DNA from: Octopus vulgaris | Taxonomy: Eukaryota | Direction of reading: 5' to 3' | Length of the DNA: 64,000 nucleotides | NCBI GenBank assembly: GCA_951406725.2 | Contig: OX597831.1 | Span: 5,642,001 to 5,706,000, forward strand | Part shown: positions 13,306-26,940 of the stretch, piece after piece | How the letters are laid out: each line of letters starts with the position of its first letter | Numbering within the stretch: the first letter of the stretch is position 1 | Position numbers and translations under genes: made by a program | The notes under the pieces: model-generated | The model's input: only the letters and a program-made list of their open reading frames with translations | Databases searched by the model: none | Told to the model about the DNA's origin: nothing

Positions 13306-15654
13306 TGGTATGATGCAGAAAGGACCGGGTGCACTCTGATAAATGGTTGGTGTTAGAAAAAGGCATCCAGTCATAGAAACCATGCCAAAGCAGACATTGG
13401 AGTTCGGCACAGTCGTCTGGATTGCCAGCTGCAGTCAAACTGTCCAACCCATGCCAGCATGGAAAATGGATGTTAAACAGTGACAATGATGGTGATAATG
13501 ATGAGTTGTGATGTGCTCTTGTAATCCAGCTAGAAAGAATCTTGGTTGATTTCGAAATGGGAAGCTTGGTAAGTTGATCTTCTATTGTGAACAGATGTCC
13601 ACAGTGAGCTTGTCATGAAGGTAGTGCTGGTAAGGATGCTCCCCCAGCACCAGATTCACTTCCTTGACAGCAGCAGGGCATATTTCAGCTGATTCTGACT
13701 TGAAGAATTGAGTTTGTTGGAGAAAAGAAAAAAAAAATGTCTTTGTGAAGTAAGGAGAAATTTGCCCTGAAACACCTTTGCAACTATCAGACTAAAATAC
13801 TTCTAATACTGGCATCAGACTCCTGCAGCAGCAACAACACCATCATCATCATCATCATCATCATCATTATCCCCACAAGCAACAACAACAACTGCAATGA
13901 AAACCTAGTTTCATGTGAAATATAAATTTAAGAATAGAATATGAAACAGATACTTGAGTTAACAGATGATCTGAGAGATTTCTCAAACACCTCTTCAGGT
14001 TCTGAATTCAATTCGTCCTTCAGCAGTTTGGATTTGGTTTGTTTCTCTTTCCAAAGTTCAGTTCCATGGCACAGCCATATTGCAAACCAAAAGACTAATT
14101 CCTAACAAGTAACTAAATTACTCTGGCATGGAAGGAATAAACAGTGGTAGAATGAGACTAAAAATAACATAGAACTGTGGATGAGAGGTGGTGAGAGTAG
14201 ATACTTAAATAGAATATCAGTTACCATCAGTTCTACATTCTACTATAAGTTCACCACCAGATGAGACTAAAAACTAAAACAGACTAAAAGGGAAAAGGAA
14301 AGACAAATAAAACAAGGTATTATTGAGATGATAATCGGAGATAAAGAAATATTGTATGTGTGTGTATCTCGGTGATAAATTTACAAAATAAAAATTTAGA
14401 AAAAAAGAGAAAAAATATATACAATTTGGTTTGAGAATAGGACTGGAACTGAAATAATATCTTTTTAAAATCATTATCACCACCCATGACCATCACTACC
14501 AACACCCGCTTCCTCACAACCTCCAATGTTACCCATCATTGTCATCATCATCAACAACACCACTACCACCACTACCACAACCACGATTCATTAATTACCA
14601 CAGCCACAACCACCACCAACACCACCACCATTAATAACAACACTATCATCATCATCATCATCATCGGCGTCTGCGTCAAAAGGAGGTTTTATGTTGCTTG
14701 TTTCTTTGATATCAGTCCTAAAGCTGGACACAAAGTCTCCACACCATTATCACAACGCATTCAGACACTGGTGTAGAACTCGGCGGCAAACAATCAGCTA
14801 AGTAATTCTCATTTCTCATTTCGCTATTCCTCACACAACGCAGAACTAAAACAATCATTTCTTGTGATCTAAGTTACAAGCAATTACTGTCTTTTCACTT
14901 CCTGCAGAACTCGACCAGTTTCTCAACTGGGACCATATTTTCCGGCATACAAGTCAATGTAGTGCATAGTGTAAACCTGCAGCATAAACATTCAAACTGC
15001 ATTACTATATGTCCAAACCCTGCTGCATTTCATAGCAGACAATATTTACTGATAACACTGAATGTTGTGCAGTGGGTAGGTACAGGTTTAAAAGCGTTGC
15101 TGAAGGAGTAGATCCTTGTGTTACACCATTTAAGTTGTCATCATCATCATCGCCGCCACCATATTAGCACTAATTTTTCCATGCTTGCATGAGTCAGATA
15201 CAGTTTATTCAAGCAAATTTTCTACGACTGGATGCCCTTCCTGTCACCAACCCTCACCTGTTTCCAAATAAGATAATAACTTCCCCATGGACAGACAGGT
15301 CTTCATAGAAGATTGGAAATGAAGGACACTGCTTCCATGGAGCCTGGTGCAGCTGTCTGGTTCGCTAGTCCTCAGTCAAATCGTCCAACCCATGCTAGCA
15401 TGGAAAGCAGGCGTTAAACGATGATGATGATATATATATATAAATATATATATGTATATATATGTGTGTGTGTGTATGACAGATTTCTTTCAGTTTCTGC
15501 CTAACAAATCCACTTACAAGGCTTTGGTTGGCTCAATGCAATGGTAGAAAACACTCTCCAAAGGTGCCATGTAGTGGAACTGAACCCAGAACCATGTTAC
15601 AGGGAAGCAAACTTCTTACCACACAGCCACACACTCATATGTATGTATGTATGT

Positions 15655-15691
<37 letters not shown>

Positions 15692-15695
<4 letters not shown>

Positions 15696-16147
15696 GAGTG
15701 GACGAACATAAGAAGGGCCCTTTAGAAGGATCCTGCCTTTTAAGGGCCATAGTATACAGAGCCACCCTTACACCATCCAATGGCATTACTAGGCATTATA
15801 CAGGTATGACTGCTAATGCCTTCAAGAGAAGATACTCCCAACACATGCACTCGTTCAGATCCAGGGACAGAGAGAACACTACTTCCTTGTCTCGTTTTCT
15901 CTGGAGACCCTGTGACCTCTGAGATGAAACACCCAGCCTAAAGTGGATTATTTTCAACAGAGTGCCACCATATTCACCTGGCGCCCCCAACTACCAGCTC
16001 TGCCTCCACGAAAATCTGCATATCCTCCAACAACGCGCAGTATCCATCAACAAGAAATATGATTTATCTTATTGCTGTCACCAGAGGTATGCCCTTCTGG
16101 CAAATTTCAAACCTCTCACTACTGACAACCTGGATATACCAACTTAG
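15692..16147 (+). pseudogene. PLE GIY-YIG endonuclease remnant (Naiad-like)
   Basis: ORFs 15698-15922 and 15962-16147 are one frame split by a TGA: PLEGSCL..IVYRA..YTGMT..FKRRY..H..SF..TSLSRFLW..KW..PY..QLCLHE..INKK..CCH. Starts right at a (TA)n tract. Confidence 0.85.
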
Positions 16148-16339
16148 TCCCAAGTGCTTCTCTGCACCAAGGTCACCATCACCAACCAACCAACCCCATG
16201 AGAAGGACCACCAATTACTAATCCCCAACGCTTACCAATTCTCATTGCTTACCAATCCCCAATGCTTGTTATGCGCATGTATACTCATGCATGCATGCAC
16301 GAGTACGTATTTGCACATGCACACTAATATACAAGCTAC

Positions 16340-16950
16340 TTACCACGCAGTGGGAGTGAACCCAGAACCATGTGGTTAGGAAGCAAGCTTCTTACCACAG
16401 CAGCCTAAACTCACTTATGTATACACACACACACACATATATATAATGAGATTCTTTCAGTTTCCATCTACCAAATCCATTCACAAGGCTTTGGTTGGCC
16501 TGGGGCTGTAATAGAAAGTACTTGTCCAAGGTGCCATGCAGTGGGACTGAACCCAGAACCATGTGGTTAGGAAGCAAGCTTCTTACCACACAGCCCACAC
16601 TCACTCATGTATACACACACACACACATTCACAAACACACACACACCCTCATACACAAACACACACACACACATAATGGGCTTCTTTCAGTTTCCCTCTA
16701 CCAAATCCATTCACAAGGTTTTGTTGACCTGGGGCTGTAATAGAAAGTACTTGTCCAAGGTGCCATGCAGTGGGACTGAACCCAGAACCATGTGGTTAGG
16801 AAGCAAGCTTCTTACCACACAGCCCACACTCACATACACACACACACACATAATGGGCTTCTTTCAGTGTCCATCTACCAAATCCGCTCACAAGGCTTTG
16901 GATGGCCTGGGGCTACAGTAGAAAGCACAAGTGCAAGGTGCCACGCAGAG
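16340..16950 (-). mobile_element. Three tandem 5' halves of SINE family A
   Basis: Repeated gtgccatgcagtgggactgaacccagaaccatgtggttaggaagcaagcttcttaccac. Confidence 0.85.
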
Positions 16951-17514
16951 AGGCAGAAACACTGAAACTCAATACCTATTTCCTTATTACCCACAAAGGG
17001 CTAAACATAGAGGGCACAAACAAGGACAGACATAGGTATTATGTCGATTACATCGACCCCAGTGCGTAACTGTACTTAATTCATCGACCCCAAAAGGATG
17101 AAAGGCAAAGTCGACCTCGGCGGAATTTGAACTCAGAACGTAACGGCAGACGAAGTACCGCAAAGCATTTCGCCTGGCGTGCTAACGCTTCTGCTAGCTC
17201 GCCGCCTTAATACCCTGTAGCTGGGAAACTCAATACCCTGTAGCTGGGAAGCAAACTCTTTACCACAAAGTCACACCTTTATTTGTAATACATGTGTCTG
17301 TTCTAATTCAAACCATCTGCTTCGCACGTACACACCACTACGCTCACTCAGCACCAATGTCCAATCAGTATGTAAGTAAATACAGTTAACACACACTTCT
17401 TCTGACATATCTTAACCAAATACTCACGGCTGCACTACTATCAATTAGATAGCAGCCAGAATTTAGCCTTGTTTTTTTTGATAGTCTTTTTTTCATGTAT
17501 TTCATTCTCTCTAC

Positions 17515-17560
<46 letters not shown>

Positions 17561-17645
17561 ATTTGTTTAACTTGTGTCAAGTAAAATTACAAACTTTAAA
17601 TAAACATCATTAACTGAAAACGTCAATAAGGAATTAAACACAGTC

Positions 17646-18030
<385 letters not shown>

Positions 18031-18599
18031 AATTAGGTGCAAGTGTGGCTGTGTGGTAAGAAGTATGTTTCCCAACCATATGGTTCCAGATTCAGTCTTG
18101 TAGCACAGGTGTCTTCCACTATAGCGCCGGGACGACCAAAGACCTGTGAATGCATTTGGAAGACAGAAATGGACAGAAGCCCAACATGTAGGTGCAGGCG
18201 TGGTTGTTGTGGTAAGAAGCTTGTGTGCTAGCCACATCGTTCCAGGTTCAGTCCCACTAGGTGGCACCTTGGGCAGAGTATCTTCTACAATAGTCCCAGG
18301 CTGACCAAAGCGTTGTGATGGGATTTGGTAGATGGAAACTGAAAGAAGCCCATTGCATATATATATATATGGATATATATATATATATATAACTATATAT
18401 ATATATATTGATTATTCTGGGAATAGACACAATAAATGTGCTACTAATAATTCCATATGTTGAGAAATACCTCAAACATACTCAACAGACACAAGCCATG
18501 TATCATGATGAGCTAAAAATTGAAAGAGAGAGGAAGCACAAAAAGTTGAGAAGGTTAAAAATGGAAAACAAAAAAGTAAAAATTAATAAGTAGAAAAGC

Positions 18600-19426
18600 C
18601 TACATGTGTAGGCTCAAAAGAAATGAAGCTAGCATGATCCGCTGGATGTGTAATGTCAGTAGCCATGCACGACAGAGTGTAAGCGCCCTGAGAGAAATGT
18701 TGGGCATAAGAAGCATCAGATGCAGCGTGCAGGAGAGACGTTTGTGTTGGTATGGTCATGTACTACGGATGGATGAGGAGAGATGTGTGAAGAAGTGCCA
18801 CTCCCAAACTGTTGAAGGAATCCGGGGTAGAGGTAGACCCAGGAAGACATGGGATGAGGTGGTCAAGCATGACCTTCGTATGTTGGGCCTCACAGAGGCT
18901 ATGACGAAAAACCGAGACCTCTGGAGATATGCTGTGACTTCGAAGACCCAACAAATGAAGTGAGTTCATGGCTCGCAGGACGGCCTGCAGTGCTAACCTT
19001 GGATCGTAGAGTGACTCACTGTTCTTGAGGAGACCTATTGAGTCATGTATGTCAACACTAACATCAAAGTAAAAATCAAATGGAAATTGTAGCTAAGATA
19101 CCCATGCCGGTGAAATGTAAAAAGCATCATCCAAATGTAGCTGATGCTAGCGCCGCCTTGACTGGCGTCCGTGTCAGTGTCACATAAAAAGCACCAACCG
19201 ATCATGGCAGTTTGCCAGCCTCCTCTGGCCCCTGTGCCGGTGGCACATAAAAAGCACCCACTACACTCACGGAGTGGTTGGTGTTAGGAAGGGTATGCAG
19301 CTGTAGAAACACTGCCAGATCAGACTGGAGCCTGGCACAGACTCCTGGCTTCCCAGACCCCAGTCGAACCGTCCAAACCATGCTAGCATGGAAAACGGAC
19401 GTTAAACGATGATGATGATGATGGTG

Positions 19427-19430
<4 letters not shown>
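18600..19430 (+). mobile_element. 5'-truncated RTE-clade LINE: ORF C-terminus, 3' UTR and (GAT)n tail
   Basis: ORF 18604-18963 has RRLCWYGHVLRM...GRGRPRKTWDEVV...DL..LGL...RDLWR, diagnostic of RTE C-termini. Confidence 0.92.
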
Positions 19431-19481
<51 letters not shown>

Positions 19482-19829
19482 TACATACATACATACATAC
19501 ACTAACAAACTAACATGCACCACTAACTATCCAACCATCACTAGCCAAACGCAGCAAGTACATACACACACACAGAGACACACACACACACACGCAATAC
19601 AATCAGACAAGACAAACACACTTCTGCATTCATACATACACACGCATAACAGACAGAAACACACACACACACACATAAACACACAACACTAAATGAACCA
19701 TGCATGCACAAAAACTACTTCTCCAAGTTTCTCACGCACACACACACACACATACACGTACACACACATGTACACACGTACACACACGTCTGCCCTTGTA
19801 TTCATTAAAACACTTCATTTATGCAAATC

Positions 19830-20170
19830 ATCTCGGCCAACACAATGTATTCTACTCTGTTTCTTTTGAATATGTCTAAATGTCTTGTCAGTGGGAGATA
19901 AGGTGGGACAACCGTCCTCTTGTCTTCCAACAATCAGTCTTTTCCTCAATGGCATGTCAATCATGGAGAACTGGAGAACTCTTCATTCTAGAGATAATGT
20001 CATCTTCTGAGTCTGAATTGGTACCAACTGCCACCAAGTGATTGTTCTACCTTCCCAAGAAGTGGAGATAATTTCCAGAAACCAAGAATCTGTTTTGTAT
20101 GGTATTTAATATATCTATCTTCATCATAGTTGTTCCGATTCATGCTGCTGACCACTCTAGCTATTTTCCT
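19830..20170 (-). mobile_element. Highly decayed RTE-like LINE 3' fragment
   Basis: Frameshifted remnants KQILGFWK, FRLRR, ISRM, IVGRQ in the expected order. Confidence 0.35.
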
Positions 20171-20183
20171 TAACTCATTTTCG

Positions 20184-20227
<44 letters not shown>

Positions 20228-20323
20228 CGGGAAGATTTATGAAAATAAACAAAAGACGAAGGCAGGTGGAGTACAAACAAACAAATGTATTAGTATGGCG
20301 CTCAGGAATAGAAATAAAACAAG

Positions 20324-20361
20324 TCTTTTACGTTTCGAGCCTACGCTCTTCGACAGAAAGA
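20324..20361 (-). ncRNA. Minimal type I hammerhead motif (A6 to U variant)
   Basis: TCTTT-CTGTCGA-A-GAGC(GTAG)GCTC-GAAA-CGTA-AAAGA; perfect stems I and II, GUA site. Truncated family copy at 47048-47147. Confidence 0.7.
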
Positions 20362-20434
20362 TACACAGAAAAGAAACTAGGAGAGAAACAAGGAGAGAAA
20401 AAAATTGCGTGTAGGGGCTAACGATCCACCATGG

Positions 20435-20467
<33 letters not shown>

Positions 20468-20557
20468 AAGTTAATTCAAACATGAAAACACAACAACATG
20501 AGGACATGGAACAAGTATAGTATTATTGGATGCTCAGGAAAGAAGGAAAGAACGAGG

Positions 20558-20592
20558 GTTTAACGTTTCGAGTGGAGCTCTTCGTCAGAAAC
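20558..20592 (-). ncRNA. Minimal type I hammerhead motif
   Basis: GTTT-CTGACGA-A-GAG(CTCCA)CTC-GAAA-CGTT-AAAC; full core, palindromic AACGTT stem III. Confidence 0.8.
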
Positions 20593-20677
20593 ATAGGAAA
20601 AGGAAAGATCCAAAGAAGGGAAGACGGTGGAAAAAAAAAAATCACCAATGGTACACACGCGGTCACATTTTGAATAT

Positions 20678-20875
20678 ATATATAATTATAATTAATGGCT
20701 CTGAAGGAACAGCCCCGATGTGCTAGAAGTAGATGTCAAATGACTCTAAACTACTTCAATTTGCATGCCATTAGCACAGGTTGAATGTAAATTGAAGTGG
20801 TTTAGAGTCATTTGATATCTATTTCTAGCATATAGGCGCCATTTCTTCAGTGCCCTTAATTATAATTATATATAA
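20678..20875. repeat. Fold-back inverted repeat (~90-bp arms)
   Basis: caaatgactctaaactacttcaattt / aaattgaagtggtttagagtcatttg. Confidence 0.9.
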
Positions 20876-20988
20876 TTATACATTTATATATTGATTTCAC
20901 CTATATGGTTTTTTATTATATGCTGACCACTGATGAAAGCATCAAGTTGTTAACGATGTTATCCTTAATTATGTATACATATATACAT

Positions 20989-21020
<32 letters not shown>

Positions 21021-21170
21021 AATGTTTTGTACTAATGAGGATACATCAATTAGCATGTTGATGTGTTGAGTAAAGCACCAGCACAGTATGGGCTACCTGA
21101 TGTCATCTGCTGTTGGGATATATTTCCTTTGGATCTACTTCAGGAATTCTGCAGGGTTAGTTGAAATAAT

Positions 21171-21574
21171 AATCGATTAAGTAAGCAGAAGATGGAACTG
21201 GTATAACTCTTTGTTTTATACAGTGACCATTTCAACCCATCCTGCATCTGTCCTTTATGGGTGAGATGCTGTGCATCATACTGTGCTGCATCGATTTTGC
21301 AGTCTGGGTCACATCAGGTACATCCATACATAAAGCGGTGTATCACTTCATTTGAAGCAGGCAAATAGCAACATCACTGCCCAAAATCAAGATCTTTAGT
21401 GATACACCACTTTATGTATGAGTCTACCTGATGTGACCCAGACTGCAAGATTGATGCAACATGGCATGATGCACAGCGTTCCACCTATAAAGGACAGATG
21501 CATGAGGGGTCGAAATGATTATTGTACAAAATAAAGAGTTATACCAATTCCATCCTATGTTTACTTAATCGATT
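21171..21574. repeat. Fold-back inverted repeat (~177-bp arms, 50-bp spacer)
   Basis: Arms 21171-21347 and 21398-21574 are diverged reverse complements. Confidence 0.92.
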
Positions 21575-21575
21575 A

Positions 21576-21617
<42 letters not shown>

Positions 21618-21618
<1 letters not shown>

Positions 21619-21915
21619 GAGGCGCAATGGCCCAGTGGTTAGGGCAGCAGACTGACGGTCGGAGGATCGCGGTTTCGATTCCCAGACCGGGCGTTGTGTG
21701 TGTTTATTGAGCGAAAACACCTAAAGCACCACAAGGCTCCGGCAGGGGGTGGTGGTGACCCCTGCAGTACTCTTTCGCCGCAACTTTCTCTCACTCTTTC
21801 TTCTGTTGGCCTGCTCGCTTAACCAGCCGGGTGGTGTCATTTGAAGGCTAAAACAATGCAAAGCGCATTGTGACCAGCGATGTGTAGCAACATCTGATAG
21901 CTTGTCAGTCACGTG
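21618..21915 (+). mobile_element. tRNA-derived SINE family C
   Basis: A box TGGCCCAGTGG, B-box-like GTTTCGATTCC; the same head and body occur at four other loci. Confidence 0.88.
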
Positions 21916-22196
21916 ATATATATATATATATATATATAAGGGTAGAAATTGATATTAATCAATTAAAACCAGTGGCTTAGCATATTTAAAAATCCCAAAA
22001 TTAAAAGTTGTGTTACATACAAAATTAAGAGAATTAAGAGGAATGACCTCTAAAGTGGGTGATTTAATGTCTATTAGGTGTCCACTTTAGTGGTAATTTC
22101 TCTCAATTTTGTGCGTATATATATATATATATATGTTTAGCATATTAGGTGTCTACTTTAGTGGTCATTCCTCTAAATTTTGTATATATATATATA

Positions 22197-22408
22197 CAGG
22201 GTGACCCAAAAGTAGGTTGACAGTTATTCAACTATCTCTTTTGCATTCATATATTAGCAGTTTGTATCTTAATTATAAAAAAACATGAAACCATTATTCT
22301 GTGTTAATTTAGTTAACTGTATGATAGAAATTTAAATGTAATAAAATGTTTTAAAAGAAATTCAAGGTGCCTACATGATAACTGTAGACCTACTTTTAGG
22401 CCACCCTG
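22197..22408. mobile_element. Tc1/mariner-type MITE
   Basis: TA|CAGGGTGACCCAAAAGTAGGT...ACCTACTTTTAGGCCACCCTG|TA. Confidence 0.85.
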
Positions 22409-22642
22409 TATACACACACACACACACACACAAGGGGGTAAAAGAAAATACAGGCAGATCAGTCAATTAGGCTTTTATTCATCATATGTCTTTCAGATTC
22501 ATTCACTTAAGCAGTTTAGTTTTTCTAAGCCCTAAAAGAACATGAGCCTTCAACCAGGCAATTCACAATACCCTTAAAGCCAAAGACCTTTCAGCACCCC
22601 CTTATATATGTATATATATATATATATATGTATGTGTGTGCT

Positions 22643-22678
<36 letters not shown>

Positions 22679-22680
22679 AA

Positions 22681-23466
22681 AGGTGGCGAGCTGGCAGAAA
22701 CGTTAGCACGCCGGGCGAAATGTGTAGCCGTATTTCGTCTGCCGTTACGTTCTGAGTTCAAATTCCACCGAGGTCGACTTTGCCTTTCATCCTTTCGGGG
22801 TCGATAAATTAAGTACCAGTTACGCACTGGGATCAATGTAATCGACTTAATCCCTTTGTCTGTCCTTGTTTGTCCCCTCTGTGTTTAGCCCCTTGTGGGT
22901 AGTAAAGAAATAGGTATTTCGTCTGCCGTTACGTTCTGAGTTCAAATTCCACCGAGGTCGACTTTGCCTTTCATCCTTTCGGGGTCGATGAATTAAGTAC
23001 CAGTTACGCACTGGGATCAATGTAATCGACTTAATCCCTTTGTCTGTCCTTGTTTGTCCCCTCTGTGTTTAGCCCCTTGTGGGTAGTAAAGAAATAGGTA
23101 TTTCGTCTGCCGTTACGTTCTGAGTTCAAATTCCGCCGAGGTCGACTTTGCCTTCCATCCTTTCGGGGTCAATAAATTAAGTACCAGTTACGCACTGGGA
23201 TCAATGTAATCAACTTAATCCCTTTGTCTGTCCTCGTTTGTCCCCTCTGTGTTTAGCCCCTTGTGGGTAGTAAAGAAATAGGTATTTCGTCTGCCGTTAC
23301 GTTCTGAGTTCAAATTCCTCCAAGGTCGACTTTGCCTTTCATCCTTTCGGGGTCGATAAATTAAGTACCAGTTACGCACTGGGATCAATGTAATCGACTT
23401 AATCCCTTTGTCTGTCCTTGTTTGTCCCCTCTGTGTTTAGCCCCTTGTGGGTAGTAAAGAAATAGG
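22681..23466 (+). mobile_element. SINE family B (Meta-domain-like): one head plus four 184-bp units
   Basis: tatttcgtctgccg at 22731, 22915, 23099 and 23283; B box gagttcaaattcc; core gcctttcatcctttcggggtcgataaattaagtaccag resembles the Meta domain. Confidence 0.92.
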
Positions 23467-23927
23467 TATATATATATATAATGATACATATGTTTCGAGT
23501 GGTTATGTAATGAGTGGTTATGCAGTTCTCCACTTTCGTCAGTTGCTTCAGGCTTGAAATGACCGACAAAAGTGGATGACTGCATAACCTCTTGAAAAGT
23601 GCAGATCATTAAATGCATCTCAAAGTACCAATTATTGGTTTCTGTGATTGTTCAAATATTATGAGACTCATATTTCTGACAATCTGTTCTACCTTTTGCA
23701 TGGATAACATAATTACTAAGCAATATGGCAGAGGAGTGAAATGTCGATCTAAACATTGACTCTGAAATATCTGGTAATGCATTCTATTAAATGTAAGTGT
23801 GTGTGTGTTTGTGTGTGTATATACATGTACGCTCACACACATACACATATACATGCATATATATTTATACATACACATACATTTACATACACAAACACAC
23901 ATATACATACATACATACATACACATA

Positions 23928-24112
23928 CGAGGAAAACGTGGAGGGGGACAGGTAGAGGAGGAGATTGGGAGGGTTGGCTTGAGATGGGAGGACACCAAAA
24001 ACAGGGCAAGATGGCAAGATGGTGTGAGGGTGGTTGCTATGGCACTGAGATAGATCCGGCCAACCCTGTTAACAGAGATAAAACCCAGATTCAAAACACT
24101 GGATGATGATGA
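23928..24112 (+). mobile_element. 3' end of a second RTE-like LINE family
   Basis: QVEEEIGRVGLRWEDTKNRARWQDGV, then a short UTR and (GAT)n tail. Confidence 0.7.
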
Positions 24113-24574
24113 TACACACACACATACACACACAAATAGACACCCAAACAAGACCAGTCTGCAACAACAGAATTGATACCAGTGCTAGTGTCATGCAAAA
24201 AGCATGGGAGCAGGTGTTATATAAAAAGCACCAATACACTCTGTAAAGTGATTGGCATCAGGGACAGCATGCAGCCATAGAAACCACAACAGGTAATGGA
24301 GCCTGGTGCTGCCCCTGGCCTTACCAGCTTATGTCAAACTATGATCCAAAGGCCGCTGAGGAAGCTAGGGGTAGAGACAGCTTGTGAGGCTCATACAAGT
24401 CCCATACTATGATGAGGCCCTGGTTGCTGGTTTCAAACATAGATTTAGTTACATGTCTATCTCTCACCACACCATGAGAAAACGTCTTTCTAAAACTTAT
24501 GTGGATCACACCCCCAGGTTTTCTAAATGCTAAATCTTGCATAGGTGGGATCTTCCTTAGTTTAGTAAATTGGA

Positions 24575-24958
24575 TTGGAAGCACTCCGTCGGTTATGACA
24601 ACGAGGGTTCCGGTTGCTCCGAATCAATGGAACTGCCTGCTCGTGAAATTAATGTGTAAGTGGCTGAGCACTCCACAGACACGTGTACCCTTAACGTAGT
24701 TCTCGGGGATATTCAGCATGACACAGAGAGTGACAAGGCCGGCCCTTTGAAATACAGGTACAACAGAAACAGGAAGTAAGAGTGAGAGAAAGTTGTGGTG
24801 AAAGAGTACAGCAGGGATCACCACCATCCCCTGCCAGAGCCGCGTGGAGCTTTAGGTGTTTTCGCTCAATAAACACTCACAACGCCCGGTCTGGGAATCG
24901 AAACCGCAATCCTATGACCGCGAGTCCGCTGCCCTAACCACTGGGCCATTGCGCCTCC
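24575..24958 (-). mobile_element. SINE family C with a different tail
   Basis: Same head (anticodon arm gactcgcggtc, Arg-like); a fragment of the tail recurs at about 56931-56995. Confidence 0.85.
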
Positions 24959-26599
24959 ACAGTTTAGTAAATAAGCATATTTCAAACACATAAATATAGG
25001 AAAATTTTTAAGAGACATACTTTGTTTGTTTTTGTTGTGTTCCTAACATTTAGAAAATCTTAGCAAACAGATCTAAACCAGGCACACAGACAACCTGTTT
25101 GTGTAGAAATAATGCTATATGCCCACTGACATGTCGATGTAATACAAAAACTGTCATGAATGAGGTGGATGTAGTCTCAAAGAACCCCAGTAGAGTGACA
25201 AGTGTACAGAAGTATATGCGTGCAACAGAAGGCCCTTTTAACATGAAATACAACAACTAAAAGTCTTTGTTTAATATTCAGGAAAGATTTAATGTCACAG
25301 TATTGGCAAATATGAATATTGAAAGAAAATACTGCTCAATATAACATCAAGTGGAGTCTACAAGGAAAGAGTAATCCTCAACAGCAGTTGGAGGTTGCAG
25401 GCTGTGTTTAGCAGAGAAAAGAATCATGCTGAAGAACTCCCCCACCTAGGGGCATACACAAACTTTAAAATGTCTCTTTTTTTTTCTCTTCTTATACAAG
25501 GTATGCCGTAGGTATAAGGATTGGATCTTCTTGCGTTAGTAATTCTCTCAAAATAAACAAAGAATTTATATTATCCACCACACCCAGAATCTACATACAC
25601 ATTTACACAATCACACGTTCTAAAATTAACCCTTCCCTGCCCCACATCTCCCATGCACTTCTATCCACCCTACAATCAAATATCACGTAAAACTGGAGTT
25701 CACATCGTTCCAGGTTCAGTCCCACTGCATGGCTCCTTGAGCAAGTATCAGGCTGACCAAAGCCGTGTGAGAGGATTTGATAGATGGAAACTGAAAGAAG
25801 TCTGTTGAGTGTGTGGGTGTGTGTGTGTTTGCTTGTCTTTGTGTATGTGCTTGTCCCCCACCAACATTTGACAACAGGTGCTGGTTTGTTTATATCCCCA
25901 GAGCTTAGCAGTTTAACAAAACAGATTGATAGAACAAGTACCAAGCTAAACATTTTCAAAGGTCGATTTATTCAATAACTCCTTTAAGGCAGTGCCCCAG
26001 CATGGCCATAGCCCATGCTGAGGCACTGCAGTCCACAAGCAAAAGACGAAAGACTTGAAAGCTGATATGTAGGTCACTAGCTAAAAGAGACCCATTTTAT
26101 GTGGTGTGACAGAATGGTCAATTAAGGCTGACCTGTGGCTAAAGAACACCAGCTTCACATGTCAAAAATAAAAGACACTGTTACACCATTACCTTTCTGA
26201 ACACAAACAAAAGGTCTGCAAAACTGTCCCCTGAAAGTTGAAGGGGACTTCAATACCACAAACATACATCGCTGGGCATAAAGGCACCTGCCTCAATACT
26301 ATTTCCCTGATCAGCTCAGGGGGTCTTGCCTTGCATGTAACTCGGTAACATCACTGGTGTTGGTGCCACATCAAAAGCACACAGGATACTCTGTATAGTG
26401 GTCAGCATTAGGCCAAAGCAGATCATTAAGCTTGGTACAGTCCTCCGGTTGACCAGTTCTTGTCAAACCATTTAACCCATTCCAGCATGAAGAGTGGACA
26501 TTAAATAATAATGGTGATGATGACAATGGTATTGAACTTACACCTTCGGGGTTTGGGTGTGAAAGGCCACCAATAAATATGCAACACATGTATGTGCAT

Positions 26600-26613
26600 T
26601 GTGTATGGGTGTA

Positions 26614-26679
<66 letters not shown>

Positions 26680-26792
26680 TACACATATATATATATACAT
26701 ATACATATATACATGTACATATATATATACATATATACACATATATATACACATATACATATACACACACACACATATATATATACACATAT

Positions 26793-26839
<47 letters not shown>

Positions 26840-26940
26840 TACATATACACACATATATATATACACACACATATATATATATACATATACATATACACAC
26901 ATATATATACATATACACATATATATATACATACACACAC
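26600..26940. repeat. Compound (TG)n/(TA)n/(CA)n microsatellite
   Basis: Directly visible. Confidence 0.95.

Noticed and set aside
15920-15922. In-frame TGA in the PLE endonuclease as possible selenocysteine
   Set aside because: It falls at a non-Cys position (L*D, probably CGA to TGA decay), conserved Cys sites elsewhere are decayed, and I saw no SECIS.
20925-20960. CTGATGA/CTGACGA hits here and near 346, 11074, 49872, 62722 and 62995
   Set aside because: No correctly placed stem II, GAAA and UH with a pairing stem I.
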